Assembly: GCA_020631375.1 (NCBI GenBank)
Contig: JAHDHJ010000003.1
Location: 1 to 46,844 of the forward strand
Direction: 5' to 3'
Length of the DNA stretch: 46,844 bases
DNA from: Saprospiraceae bacterium
GTDB lineage: Bacteria > Bacteroidota > Bacteroidia > Chitinophagales > Saprospiraceae
A program made the translations under genes and the position numbers. Shown piece by piece: positions 9,109 through 18,384 of this stretch (the first letter of the stretch is position 1; each line of letters begins with the position of its first letter). The notes beneath the pieces were generated by a model. The model was not told where the DNA came from, did no database searches, and saw only the letters and a list, made by a program, of their open reading frames with translations.

Positions 9109-9993
9109 ATGGCAGCAATGGCAGGAAAAACAGAGACCAAGGTCAAACCAAATTATTTTTATGCTCTAGTCAGTGTGACTTTAGTGCTTTTTTTAGCAGG
9201 GGTGTTTGGTTCTATGATTATCCAATCCCAACAACTAGTCCGGTTGTTTAAGGAAAAAGTCATGGTAGTAGTGGAAATTAATAACGGTCATGAACTTGTA
9301 GAAATTGAAAAACTGAAAGGGAAAATATCTGAATTGGATTATATCAAGGAAAATTCTGTAGAATATACTTCCAAGGCAGAAGCCGCCAAACTCATGCAGG
9401 AAGATTTTGGTTCGGAAGTGGATTTAAGCCAATATAATTTGGGAAACCCATTGTACGATATTATTACCTTTCATGTCAATGCCGACTATATGACACCGGA
9501 AGGATTGGAGAAAATAGCCCAAAGACTAAAAGAGGACGAGATGATTTCCGATGTGAATTATGAGGAAGGTTTGGCTGGAAATATATCAGGTCATTGGGGA
9601 AGAATAGGATGGATAGGTTTGGCGATCAGCCTGATATTGGTACTGGTCGCGGTATTCTTAATTATTTATGCAATTAGGCAAGCCTTATATACGGACCGTT
9701 TCCTTATTAAGAATATGCACCTTGTCGGGGCAACCCCTAAGTTTATTAGCCGTCCTTATCTAAGGACAGGAATTTTAGGTGGATTATTGAGTGCATTTGT
9801 AGCGGGTATGGGCTTGTTGTTGGTTAGATGGTGGCTCATAGGGCAAGTTCCGGGCTTGGATTCCCTCTTTACAATATCTGTTTGGGCTTTGATATTTTCG
9901 CTGATGTTGGCTCTTGGTGTGGTAATAACGGCAGGAAGTACTTGGTTGACGGTAAGGAATTACCTGAAATCAGACATAAATGAACTGTATTGA
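9109..9993 (+). CDS. ftsX: Cell division protein FtsX-like permease
   Basis: 294 aa. N-terminal TM, ~110-aa periplasmic loop, then three C-terminal TM helices (FtsX topology). Conserved Bacteroidota synteny ftsX-DUF3098-uppP-truB. A TATTTTTG box lies at 9096-9103 just upstream. Confidence 0.8.
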   Translation: MAAMAGKTETKVKPNYFYALVSVTLVLFLAGVFGSMIIQSQQLVRLFKEKVMVVVEINNGHELVEIEKLKGKISELDYIKENSVEYTSKAEAAKLMQEDFGSEVDLSQYNLGNPLYDIITFHVNADYMTPEGLEKIAQRLKEDEMISDVNYEEGLAGNISGHWGRIGWIGLAISLILVLVAVFLIIYAIRQALYTDRFLIKNMHLVGATPKFISRPYLRTGILGGLLSAFVAGMGLLLVRWWLIGQVPGLDSLFTISVWALIFSLMLALGVVITAGSTWLTVRNYLKSDINELY

Positions 9994-10044
9994 AGATAAT
10001 ATTCATAACTTTGAGACTCTAAAGAATAAATTATATTTTGGACC

Positions 10045-10437
10045 ATGGCTAAAAAGAGAAAAAATAAAAATTACAAGGAAAAGGAATCTTCTTCCAATGC
10101 TAATAAAAGAGTAGTAGTCAACACCTCTGAATCTAGGGAGGAAAAGAAATCACTCCAACCAACCGTTTCTAAAATGGGAAAGAAAAAATCTCGAAATATT
10201 GGTACTTCCAAGTCCAAGGAGATGCTTTTCGGAAAGGAGAATTTTATTTTGATGGGAATTGCTGCCTTATTGGTATTGTTCGGACTTGTTTTGATGTCAG
10301 GTGGTACACAAGCTCCGGACGAATGGAATACAAACGAAATTTATTCTTCTAGGAGAATTATCTTCGCTCCCTTGTTGATATTAACGGGTTTGATCATAAA
10401 TATATTTGCCATTTTCAAGAAGAAAAAAATATCATAA
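10045..10437 (+). CDS. DUF3098-family small membrane protein
   Basis: Lys-rich N-terminus, then two TM helices (FILMGIAALLVLFGLVLMSGG ... IIFAPLLILTGLIINIFAIF). Its position between ftsX and uppP is typical for DUF3098. The true start may be an internal Met (nt 10174 or 10222). Confidence 0.7.
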   Translation: MAKKRKNKNYKEKESSSNANKRVVVNTSESREEKKSLQPTVSKMGKKKSRNIGTSKSKEMLFGKENFILMGIAALLVLFGLVLMSGGTQAPDEWNTNEIYSSRRIIFAPLLILTGLIINIFAIFKKKKIS

Positions 10438-10482
10438 GCAGCCAAGTTGTTTTTTAGACAAAATGAACTACCATAAATATCC

Positions 10483-11265
10483 ATGAGTGAATTTTTCGAT
10501 GCGATCATCTTGGGAATCATCCAAGGTCTGACTGAATTCCTACCTGTAAGTAGTAGTGGACATATAGAATTGGCGCAAGCTATCTTGGGCTATGATGCAG
10601 GAGATAAGGAAGAGCAATTATCTGTTGTATTGCATGCAGCTACGGCATTGAGTACCATAGTTATTTTTCGTAAAGATATTATGGAAATCCTTAAAGGATT
10701 ATTCAAGTTTGAAAACAACGAAGAATTTCAGTTTTCCCTGAAAATTCTTCTTTCCATGATTCCTGCCGCTTTCGTAGGACTTGTTTTTGATGACATTATA
10801 GAAGGGTTTTTCGATGCTAACATCTTGCTCGTAGGAGCCATGTTATTAGTGACTGCCGTGCTACTTTTCCTAGCTGATAAAGCTAAGGACACGAATAAAA
10901 AAGTCGGTTATCAGCATGCACTGATTATCGGCATTGCCCAGATGGTAGCGATACTTCCCGGTATTTCACGTTCGGGAGCTACTATTTCCACTTCGGTATT
11001 ATTAGGAATAGACAGAAGCAGGGCTGCTAGGTTTTCTTTCCTAATGGTCGTGCCGCTTATCCTTGGAAAGATGGCGAAGGATTTAATGGATCAGGGCTTT
11101 TCTTTCTCTACGGATATGATTGTCGGGTTTATTGCCGCATTTCTTACAGGAATGGTAGCCTGTCTTTGGATGATTGCATTGGTGAAGCAAAGCAAGCTGA
11201 CTTATTTTGCCATTTATTGTTTCGTAGTTGGTCTTTTGGCAATAGGATGGAAACTATTTTTCTAA
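10483..11265 (+). CDS. uppP: Undecaprenyl-diphosphate phosphatase
   Basis: 260 aa, polytopic. Hallmark motifs GLTEFLPVSSSGH and PGISRSGATIS of BacA/UppP. Confidence 0.92.
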   Translation: MSEFFDAIILGIIQGLTEFLPVSSSGHIELAQAILGYDAGDKEEQLSVVLHAATALSTIVIFRKDIMEILKGLFKFENNEEFQFSLKILLSMIPAAFVGLVFDDIIEGFFDANILLVGAMLLVTAVLLFLADKAKDTNKKVGYQHALIIGIAQMVAILPGISRSGATISTSVLLGIDRSRAARFSFLMVVPLILGKMAKDLMDQGFSFSTDMIVGFIAAFLTGMVACLWMIALVKQSKLTYFAIYCFVVGLLAIGWKLFF

Positions 11266-11318
11266 AATTCAGATTGTTTATTTATGACAATCCAAGCCTA
11301 GCAATTAAATAAAATACA

Positions 11319-12035
11319 TTGAAAATAGAAAAACCATCCTCTCATCCCCAATATGATTTTGTAGCGGGAACAGCCCTTTTGGTGAATAAACCAAAGGATT
11401 GGACCTCTTTCGATGTAGTCAATAAAATCAGATATAAAATCCGCCAAAAATTAGGGATAAAAAAAATCAAAGTCGGTCATGCCGGAACATTGGATCCCAT
11501 GGCTACGGGTTTGTTGATAATTTGTACAGGGAAATTCACGAAAAGGATCGATGAGTTCCAAGGAATGGACAAGGCATATTCCGGCACGATAAAATTAGGG
11601 GAAACGACTCCGTCTTATGATGCAGAAACAGAAGTGGATCAGACATTTCCAATTGAACATATCAGTCCGGAATTAATAGAGGAAAAAAGGCATGATTATA
11701 TAGGTGCTTTGCAGCAATATCCTCCTATGTATTCTGCCATAAAAGTGGACGGACAGCCTTTATATAAAAAGGCGAGGAAAGGAATTGTAGTGGAGGTAAA
11801 GCCTCGTCCTGTAACGATTCATAAATTCGATATTGTCAGAAATGAATTGCCTTTATTGGATTTTGAGGCGGAATGTAGCAAGGGGACTTATATCAGATCC
11901 TTAGCTTATGATTTCGGGAAATCTCTGGGAAGTGGGGGACATTTGGTAGCTTTGTGTAGGACTTCTATTGGTGAATATTTATTGGAGGATGCTTGGGAAT
12001 TGGAAAAACTGATTGAATATATAGAAGGAGAATAG
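11319..12035 (+). CDS. truB: tRNA pseudouridine(55) synthase
   Basis: 238 aa. LLVNKPKDWTSFDVV and the catalytic-Asp motif GHAGTLDPMATGLL. TTG start at 11319. Confidence 0.9.
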   Translation: MKIEKPSSHPQYDFVAGTALLVNKPKDWTSFDVVNKIRYKIRQKLGIKKIKVGHAGTLDPMATGLLIICTGKFTKRIDEFQGMDKAYSGTIKLGETTPSYDAETEVDQTFPIEHISPELIEEKRHDYIGALQQYPPMYSAIKVDGQPLYKKARKGIVVEVKPRPVTIHKFDIVRNELPLLDFEAECSKGTYIRSLAYDFGKSLGSGGHLVALCRTSIGEYLLEDAWELEKLIEYIEGE

Positions 12036-12055
12036 ATTGTCAAATTTAGTGATAA

Positions 12056-12103
12056 AATAAAGAATCCTCTTTATGCAAATTTGCATAAAGAGGATTCTTT
12101 ATT
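12056..12103. terminator. Bidirectional terminator: 48-bp perfect palindrome
   Basis: AATAAAGAATCCTCTTTATGCAAA / TTTGCATAAAGAGGATTCTTTATT, between convergent truB and the OM barrel gene. Confidence 0.75.
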
Positions 12104-12118
12104 CAAGAAAAGAAAAGA

Positions 12119-12916
12119 TTATCTTCTTTTCCCTCCTTTGTTCCCTGACCAGAACCAGTGCATTCTGTCGCTACAATTGGTCTTAGCTGTTCCACCCAAA
12201 CCAAAATTAAGTTCTAGGGAAACTTCGCCCATTAATGGACTGGTTTTTTTATAAGGATCATAGGTGTTGTCTCTGATTGGAGCGGGAAAACTTTTTATTG
12301 CTCCGCTAGGATCAGGGTCTTGACCCAAATCAGAAATGAAGTCTTGGAAAGCATAATGGATTCTGAATCCGATATTCAAGGATACGGTTTCCGTACCTAC
12401 TAGATATCCACCAAAGCCAATAACTCCAGAAACATAATTGTCCCTATAAAAATCGCTGATGCCCGTAGCCGTTGTGGCTGCAACAAGCTCTGCCTCTGTT
12501 ATTCGGCTATCAGTTTGTTTTAATTTTCTGACCAAAGAAAACATAGGACCTACTTCCACATAAACCTTGTGGCTACTTCCCCTATATAATAAATATAAAT
12601 CTAAGTTTTTCCATTCTATTAGGTTCGTATGGAAATCATCTCCTGTGAAGTCCAGTTTATACTCAAATTTTTGTTTCATGGAATGAGACATTACATCCAT
12701 AGTGAAGCCATGATGCTTACCGAAATTAAGTCCGACTCTGCCTCCGAAACCTAGTCCCCCACCGAATTGGTGGTTATAAGGAACATCATCAAAAATATTG
12801 GAATTATAGAGAAGTGACATTCCATATCCGACCTTTACACCTACATCAATCCATACTTGGGATTGAGCTACTTGGAAGAAAAAAATGAAGCTTACTGCAA
12901 GGAGAATTTTTTTCAT
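12119..12916 (-). CDS. Outer-membrane beta-barrel protein (small porin/PorT-like family)
   Basis: Signal peptide MKKILLAVSFIFFFQVAQSQ. Gly/aromatic-rich alternating beta-strand pattern (GLGFGGRVGLNFG, SLNIGFRIHYAF, EVSLELNFGLG). Confidence 0.7.
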   Translation of the reverse strand: MKKILLAVSFIFFFQVAQSQVWIDVGVKVGYGMSLLYNSNIFDDVPYNHQFGGGLGFGGRVGLNFGKHHGFTMDVMSHSMKQKFEYKLDFTGDDFHTNLIEWKNLDLYLLYRGSSHKVYVEVGPMFSLVRKLKQTDSRITEAELVAATTATGISDFYRDNYVSGVIGFGGYLVGTETVSLNIGFRIHYAFQDFISDLGQDPDPSGAIKSFPAPIRDNTYDPYKKTSPLMGEVSLELNFGLGGTAKTNCSDRMHWFWSGNKGGKRR

Positions 12917-13034
12917 ATCTAACTAAGTTATTGTTGTTTATAAAATTCAGAAATATAAAAGTACACATTAAATTTATAATAATTAAATTGGGGATTATAA
13001 TTTTGTGTTGAAGAAAAAGGAATCAGATTAAAAT

Positions 13035-14006
13035 ATGAATAGTATGCAAAGAGGTAGGAAAAAGAAAAGTTGGCTTAGGCGGATGATTTATTTATTTGTA
13101 TTTTTCTTTGTTTGTGCTAACGGGATTTCCTTTATGCACGCTTATAAATTCACTCATTTTACCAAGGGGACGGACGAAAGGCTTTCGTCCACGGGTTTGA
13201 CAATGGGAGAAACCGTGAAGGCATTATTTTTAGGTGCGGATATTCCACATCCGGAAAATGATACAGAGCCTAATGTGGATTTTGAAACCATTATTTTGGA
13301 AAACGAAAACGGAAAGTTACATGCTTGGTGGATGGAGTTGGATTCTGCAAAAGGGGCGGTAGCTATATTTCATGGTTATGGCGCTTGTAAATCCTCGGTG
13401 CTTGATTATGGCTATGAATTCAGGAAGATGGGGTATAATGTATTCATGATGGATACTTCGGGTAGTGGAGATTCTGAAGGAAATAGTTGCACGATAGGTC
13501 ATAAGGAAGCGAAGGATGCCAAATCTGCTTTTGATTTTTTGGTATCGAAAGGATCTAAGGATATTTTATTTTTTGGAGAGTCCATGGGAGCTGCCACGAT
13601 ATTGAGGAGTATTGCATTTGAAGATGTGAAACCAAAGGCAATTATAATTCAAAGCCCATTTGAAAGTATGCTTACGGCTACACGAAGTCGTTTTGAAAAT
13701 ATGGGCGTTCCTTTTTTCGGATTGGGGCATTTATTAGTTTTTTGGGGTGGGGCACAGAATGGCTTCAACGCATTCACACATAGTCCAAGCGAATATGCCA
13801 AAGAAGTGGATATGCCTACCTTGTTTTTTTGGGGAGCGAAGGATGATTTGGTTCGGCGAAGCGAAACGGATGCGGTTTTTGGGCATCTTGCCGGAAAAAA
13901 AGAATTAGTCATTTTGGAAAATGTCGGACATAATGGTCACCTTTCCTTAGAACCTGCGAAATGGGTATCTTCAGTTCGTGATTTTTTAAGTGGATTGGAA
14001 AATTAA
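13035..14006 (+). CDS. Alpha/beta hydrolase with N-terminal membrane anchor
   Basis: TM segment IYLFVFFFVCANGISF. Nucleophile elbow GESMG, acid WGAKDD, His in ENVGHNGH. Confidence 0.8.
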   Translation: MNSMQRGRKKKSWLRRMIYLFVFFFVCANGISFMHAYKFTHFTKGTDERLSSTGLTMGETVKALFLGADIPHPENDTEPNVDFETIILENENGKLHAWWMELDSAKGAVAIFHGYGACKSSVLDYGYEFRKMGYNVFMMDTSGSGDSEGNSCTIGHKEAKDAKSAFDFLVSKGSKDILFFGESMGAATILRSIAFEDVKPKAIIIQSPFESMLTATRSRFENMGVPFFGLGHLLVFWGGAQNGFNAFTHSPSEYAKEVDMPTLFFWGAKDDLVRRSETDAVFGHLAGKKELVILENVGHNGHLSLEPAKWVSSVRDFLSGLEN

Positions 14007-14021
14007 TTTTCCAATCCACTT
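13988..14021. terminator. Bidirectional terminator palindrome overlapping the hydrolase stop codon
   Basis: 34-bp perfect palindrome AAGTGGATTGGAAAATT/AATTTTCCAATCCACTT, flanked by a T-run (left) and an A-run (right), between convergent genes. Confidence 0.7.
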
Positions 14022-14029
14022 AAAAAAAT

Positions 14030-15574
14030 CTAAAATTTATATGACATTCCTAAATTCACTCCTAATAAAAAGGAAGAGCGCTTTACGCCATGAAATTCTG
14101 ATTTCCCATAATTTTGATAACGTAAAATCGAATTCAATCCTAATGCCATTTTCTCTGTTAAATCATAATTGATAAAAGGAGATAAATGATATGAAATAAA
14201 AATAGAATTATAAGCTCTATTTGCTTTAGTAGAATTATCTATTTTTTGAATCTCATTATTCGCATTAATTGATTTTCCTTTTTGTTGAAGAAAATAATTC
14301 AATCCTATTCCGCCTCTGATTCCGATACTTATGTTATTAAATGATTTGCTACTTAGTCCTATTTCCAAAGGAATGGATAAATGCCTAAATCTATTGTTAT
14401 GCCTAACTGTCCTATTCGCTATGGCAGGAACTAATTCGGGTTGCCCATCAGGGCTTGTTCTGTACATTACAGAATCGGAAATATGAATGATATTAAATTG
14501 GTTTTGGGATTCATAAAATTCCAATCCTGTTCTTATGTGGTATTTTTTAGCAAACGATTTGCTTATGTTTATTGCAGTGGAATATCCGAATTCGTCGCTA
14601 TGCGATTCTTTTAGGATTTCATTTAATTCCGGATTATCAGTATTCTCACCAAAAGAATTTAAGGAGATATTAGTCCCGATAGAAATTCCGATTTTCCAAT
14701 TTTTATCATAGTCTTTTCCGTTGTTGTTTCCGTCATTTGAAGACTTGTGTTTTTTCTGGATGCCTTCATTTGTTTTTAGGGTAAAATCTAATTTTTCATT
14801 ATTATCCATATTAGGAATAAATCCAAATATCATAGATAATGATGGGAGGGGAATAGAATTGGGTTTATTTACTTTTTCAATTATTGGATTTGTATTTTCC
14901 TTAATTGGTGTATTTGGATTAATTATTTTATCACTGGTAGCAACCGGATTTTTTCCGGTGTCAAAATCTGTTGCTTTTGAACGGTTAATTATTTGTTCGG
15001 GTGTATTGGCATTGCTATCCTCGTTTAAAAAAGACTTACTAGTCTTTGACGAATTGGTAAGCTCTTTGATTACCCGGCTAGGGATATTGATTTCATAATC
15101 ATTCGATATGTTATTGCTTTTGGCAATAGCAGATTTATTAACGTTGAAAGAATTGTCAGTATCTATTTTTTCCTTATTAATAGATGTCTTTGTTTGTTCT
15201 AATGGGTTGTTTTGATGTTCAATGTTTTTCCCGTCAGGGAGTTTGTTGTTTGACTCTGGAATATTTGTTGATTTAGTTGTATTAAATTTTATTTGTTCAT
15301 TTATAGTATTATTATTTGCTGCGTTTTTGCTAATTGAATTTCCAATCTCTCCCTCTTTATTAACGATGAATAAAGTCCCTAAGCTTATACATAGGAGTCC
15401 GCCAATAATAAAGAAAAATAAAATACCTCTATTTTTCTTTCTTTTTTCTTCAGAAGATACAATAGGATTATCCAAGGAATCGGAAATCTTATTCCAAAGC
15501 TCATTTTCGTTTATCCCTTCAAGGGATTTTTTCCCGTCAAATCTTTTTTTAAACTCGTCTTCAATCAAACTCAT
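14030..15574 (-). CDS. Fusion of ~50-aa cytoplasmic N-terminus, single TM, Asn/Ser/Lys-rich linker and C-terminal OM beta-barrel domain (candidate anti-sigma partner)
   Basis: Starts 20 nt after the ECF sigma stop. TM GILFFFIIGGLLCISLGTLFIV. ~200-aa low-complexity region. The C-terminal ~230 aa have alternating beta-strand periodicity and end in GMSYKF, a terminal-Phe OMP signature. Confidence 0.6.
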   Translation of the reverse strand: MSLIEDEFKKRFDGKKSLEGINENELWNKISDSLDNPIVSSEEKRKKNRGILFFFIIGGLLCISLGTLFIVNKEGEIGNSISKNAANNNTINEQIKFNTTKSTNIPESNNKLPDGKNIEHQNNPLEQTKTSINKEKIDTDNSFNVNKSAIAKSNNISNDYEINIPSRVIKELTNSSKTSKSFLNEDSNANTPEQIINRSKATDFDTGKNPVATSDKIINPNTPIKENTNPIIEKVNKPNSIPLPSLSMIFGFIPNMDNNEKLDFTLKTNEGIQKKHKSSNDGNNNGKDYDKNWKIGISIGTNISLNSFGENTDNPELNEILKESHSDEFGYSTAINISKSFAKKYHIRTGLEFYESQNQFNIIHISDSVMYRTSPDGQPELVPAIANRTVRHNNRFRHLSIPLEIGLSSKSFNNISIGIRGGIGLNYFLQQKGKSINANNEIQKIDNSTKANRAYNSIFISYHLSPFINYDLTEKMALGLNSILRYQNYGKSEFHGVKRSSFLLGVNLGMSYKF

Positions 15575-15594
15575 GGGTAAACTATTTTCATATA

Positions 15595-16203
15595 TTATCC
15601 TAATGACTTTCTAATAAATAAATTCGTAATATCTTTTGCCTTTGTATGTTTTTCTATCCAAGCCCTTCCCCTAGATAATCTTTTTCTTGAAAGGGATTCG
15701 TCTATGTCCAATGTTTCACTTATTTCCTTATGGGAAAAACCGTCAATTATATGCAAGTTAAAAATTTGAAAGTATTGTTCCGGCATTTTTTTTAAAAAAA
15801 ACATCAGGTCTTCGTTAGAATATTTGTCAAGTATGCGTGGGTTTATTTTGGGTTCGTGCTTGTGGGGTATTAATTCTTGTATTGAATTATTCTTATTTCT
15901 TGAATTATTTTTCAAACAACAATTGACAGCTATTCTAACCGCCCAAGTTTTGAATTTCCCTTTTCCGGAATCATATTGATCTAAATTCATGAATAAATTG
16001 ATGAATGTTTCCTGTAATACATCATTCGAATAGGAAGTATTCCTCAAATATCTTTTGCAGACCGCATTCAGATAAGGCAATAGTAAATGATATAATTGTT
16101 TTTGCGCAGCCCTGTCAGAAGCTTTGCATAAATCAATTATTTTACTATCTATTATCATTTGGTGTTCTGTTTTCAAAATAATCTTGGAGATGGGGTAATT
16201 CAA
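15595..16203 (-). CDS. ECF-type RNA polymerase sigma-70 family factor
   Basis: Region 2 (QETFINLFMNLDQYD...FKTWAVRIAVN) and region 4 HTH (FNLHIIDGFSHKEISETLDIDESLSRKRLSRGRAWI). The likely true start is the Met at 16158 (MIIDSK), because a hairpin occupies 16192-16217. Confidence 0.85.
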   Translation of the reverse strand: MNYPISKIILKTEHQMIIDSKIIDLCKASDRAAQKQLYHLLLPYLNAVCKRYLRNTSYSNDVLQETFINLFMNLDQYDSGKGKFKTWAVRIAVNCCLKNNSRNKNNSIQELIPHKHEPKINPRILDKYSNEDLMFFLKKMPEQYFQIFNLHIIDGFSHKEISETLDIDESLSRKRLSRGRAWIEKHTKAKDITNLFIRKSLG

Positions 16204-16217
16204 TTAAGAATTACCCC
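16192..16217 (-). terminator. Hairpin between the Cys-repeat lipoprotein gene and the sigma factor gene
   Basis: 10-bp perfect stem GGGGTAATTC / GAATTACCCC with loop AATTAA. No clear T-run, so it could be a terminator, attenuator or processing site. Confidence 0.4.
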
Positions 16218-16274
16218 GTTCCAAAATTTCTAAGCTAATTGAAATCAATTTAAGACTTTTCTACAAATCTTTTA

Positions 16275-18130
16275 TTATTCGCATTCACAGTTAGGATTGA
16301 CTTCTCCTATAAGTTCTCCATTAGGACCGAAACATGGCTGCCCAACATATGCTTGTAAATCCGGACAATCAAAATTATCACCTGGGACTTCGCACTCGCA
16401 ATTTGGATTGACAAAACCTTCTATTCCATTAATAGTTATGCAGTAGTCACCAACATATGCTTGTAAGTCCGGACAGTCAAATTCACCTCCTCCTTGGGTT
16501 TCACATTCGCATTCCGGATTAATGAATCCGGGTTCTCCGTTAGGACCGAAACACGGGTCACCGATATAAGCCTGCCAATTCGGGCAATCGAAATTCCCTC
16601 CTGGGTTATCAATGATTTCACATTCACAATTTTCATTGACAAAACCGAACCCACCATTCGCATCAAAACAAGGTTCTCCATAATAAGCTTCTATTGCCGG
16701 ACAATCATAAATTCCTCCTTGGTCAGGAGTATGAGCACATTCACATTCTTCTGTAATACATCCTACTTCTCCATTTTCAGTCAAACAAGGAGCTCCTATA
16801 TTTGTTTCTAATGATGGACAATCCCAAGTTCCTCCTTGGTTATCTGCTTGGCATTCACAATTTGGATTAATAAATCCGAATAAGCCATCGGGAGTGAAGC
16901 AAGGTTCTCCAAAATTCACAGCTAAACCAGGGCAATCATAAACTCCTCCGGGGTCTGCTTCATTTGGACATTCACATTGTTCGTTGATAGAACTAATCGT
17001 ACCTGCATTAGTCAAGCAAGGATCTCCGAAATTCGCTCCTAAATTAGGACAATCCAATAATTGTGGTTCATCCAATGCCTCACATCCACAATCTTCATTC
17101 ACATAACCAAACAAACCATCAGCAGTGAAACAAGGCTCTCCGTAATAGGCTTCGAGAGCAGGACAATCATATACCCCTCCTTGGTCGGGCGTATGGGCAC
17201 ATTCGCATTCTTCTGTAATACATCCTAGATCTCCATTTTCTGTAATACATGGTTCTCCGTAATTTACTTCTAAACTAGGACAATCCCAGATTTCCCCATT
17301 ATTATTTTCTTCTTGACATTCGCAAGCTGGATTCACAAAACCGAACATGCCATTAGGAGTGAAACATGGGTCACCTATGTTTGCTTGCAAAGCCAGACAT
17401 TCAAAATCCCCGCCACCGGGTACATCTGCATGTGTGCATTCACAATCCTCATCAATACATCCTACTATGCCATCTGCATTGATACAAGGGTCACCTATAT
17501 TCGCTTCTAGGCTAGGGCAGTCAAATAAACCGCTTTGGTCTATTGCCTCGCACTCACAATCCGGGTTTACGAAACCGAATTCATTATCAAGAGTAAAACA
17601 TGGCTCTCCAAAATAAGCACCTAAAGCAGGACAATCGAATTCTCCTCCTTGGTCTGGTGTATGTTCACATTCACAGTTTTCGTTAATACATCCTAGATTT
17701 CCAGTTTCTGTAATACAGGGGTCGCCAAAATTCACCTCTAAACTGGTGCAATCCCATTGGTTATCTTGGTTATCCAGTATGTCACACTCACAATTCGGAT
17801 CGACAAATCCGAATTCCCCCGCATCATTAAAGCAAGGGTCGCCTACATAAGCGCCTAAATCAGGGCAGTCAACAGGAGCCGATGAGTCATTGATGTTATC
17901 ACATTCGCAATTTGGATTGATAATACCTACGATTCCATTAGCGGTCAAACAAGGGTCTCCGAAATTTGCTTGGATATCATCACAATCAAATACATCCGGT
18001 ACTTGGAATTCTTCGCATTCACAATTTGGGTTTACAAACCCAGCTACGCCTGTGGCACTCAGACATGAATCACCAAAAAAGGCTTCGATAGCGGGGCAGT
18101 CGAAGTCTTCGGTTAAAACGGTATCATCAA
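16275..18130 (-). repeat. In-frame coding tandem repeat array (~105-120 nt units) with higher-order periodicity
   Basis: DNA-level similarity between distant units, e.g. GCACATTC[A/G]CATTCTTCTGTAATACATCCTA at ~16735 and ~17195. W-type units carrying a fifth Cys occur at positions 4, 8 and 12. Confidence 0.8.
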
Positions 18131-18212
18131 TGTTGTCCTCATCACAAGAGGAAAGAAATATTAAAGTGCAACAAAGAATAGAGCACAAAAGATATAAATT
18201 AAATTTTTTCAT
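16275..18212 (-). CDS. Lipoprotein composed of 16 tandem ~37-aa four-cysteine repeats (unrecognised family)
   Basis: Lipobox LIFLSSC followed by acidic DEDNIDD. Then 16 copies of [FWY]DCPxLxAxxGxPCxTxxGxxG[FC]xNxxCECE. The ORF stops right after the last CECE. Start chosen at MKKFNLYLL (18212) rather than the ORF-track 18275. Confidence 0.8.
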   Translation of the reverse strand: MKKFNLYLLCSILCCTLIFLSSCDEDNIDDTVLTEDFDCPAIEAFFGDSCLSATGVAGFVNPNCECEEFQVPDVFDCDDIQANFGDPCLTANGIVGIINPNCECDNINDSSAPVDCPDLGAYVGDPCFNDAGEFGFVDPNCECDILDNQDNQWDCTSLEVNFGDPCITETGNLGCINENCECEHTPDQGGEFDCPALGAYFGEPCFTLDNEFGFVNPDCECEAIDQSGLFDCPSLEANIGDPCINADGIVGCIDEDCECTHADVPGGGDFECLALQANIGDPCFTPNGMFGFVNPACECQEENNNGEIWDCPSLEVNYGEPCITENGDLGCITEECECAHTPDQGGVYDCPALEAYYGEPCFTADGLFGYVNEDCGCEALDEPQLLDCPNLGANFGDPCLTNAGTISSINEQCECPNEADPGGVYDCPGLAVNFGEPCFTPDGLFGFINPNCECQADNQGGTWDCPSLETNIGAPCLTENGEVGCITEECECAHTPDQGGIYDCPAIEAYYGEPCFDANGGFGFVNENCECEIIDNPGGNFDCPNWQAYIGDPCFGPNGEPGFINPECECETQGGGEFDCPDLQAYVGDYCITINGIEGFVNPNCECEVPGDNFDCPDLQAYVGQPCFGPNGELIGEVNPNCECE

Positions 18213-18384
18213 TATTAAAAGGTTTAAGATTTTTAAAACTGTTTGAATTTGACAATTTGCAAAGTTGACGTACATCTATTCTATTATATCCTTTTAATAT
18301 GGCTGATGTGACACTTGGGGTGAACTTTTTTTTAATCCCTTTATTTGGGTGATTATAGTATAGGCAGAGACTCTTTTATTTAGC

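Noticed and set aside
14721-15614. Plus-strand ORFs of 125 and 130 aa
   Set aside because: They are antisense to the low-complexity linker of the 514-aa gene. Their hydrophobic Phe/Leu/Ile-rich translation is typical of the reverse complement of Asn/Lys-rich coding sequence.
16275-18212. Regularly spaced ~110-nt DNA repeats that could superficially suggest a CRISPR-like array
   Set aside because: The units are contiguous with no unique spacers, are in frame, and encode a conserved Cys-rich module within one long ORF.
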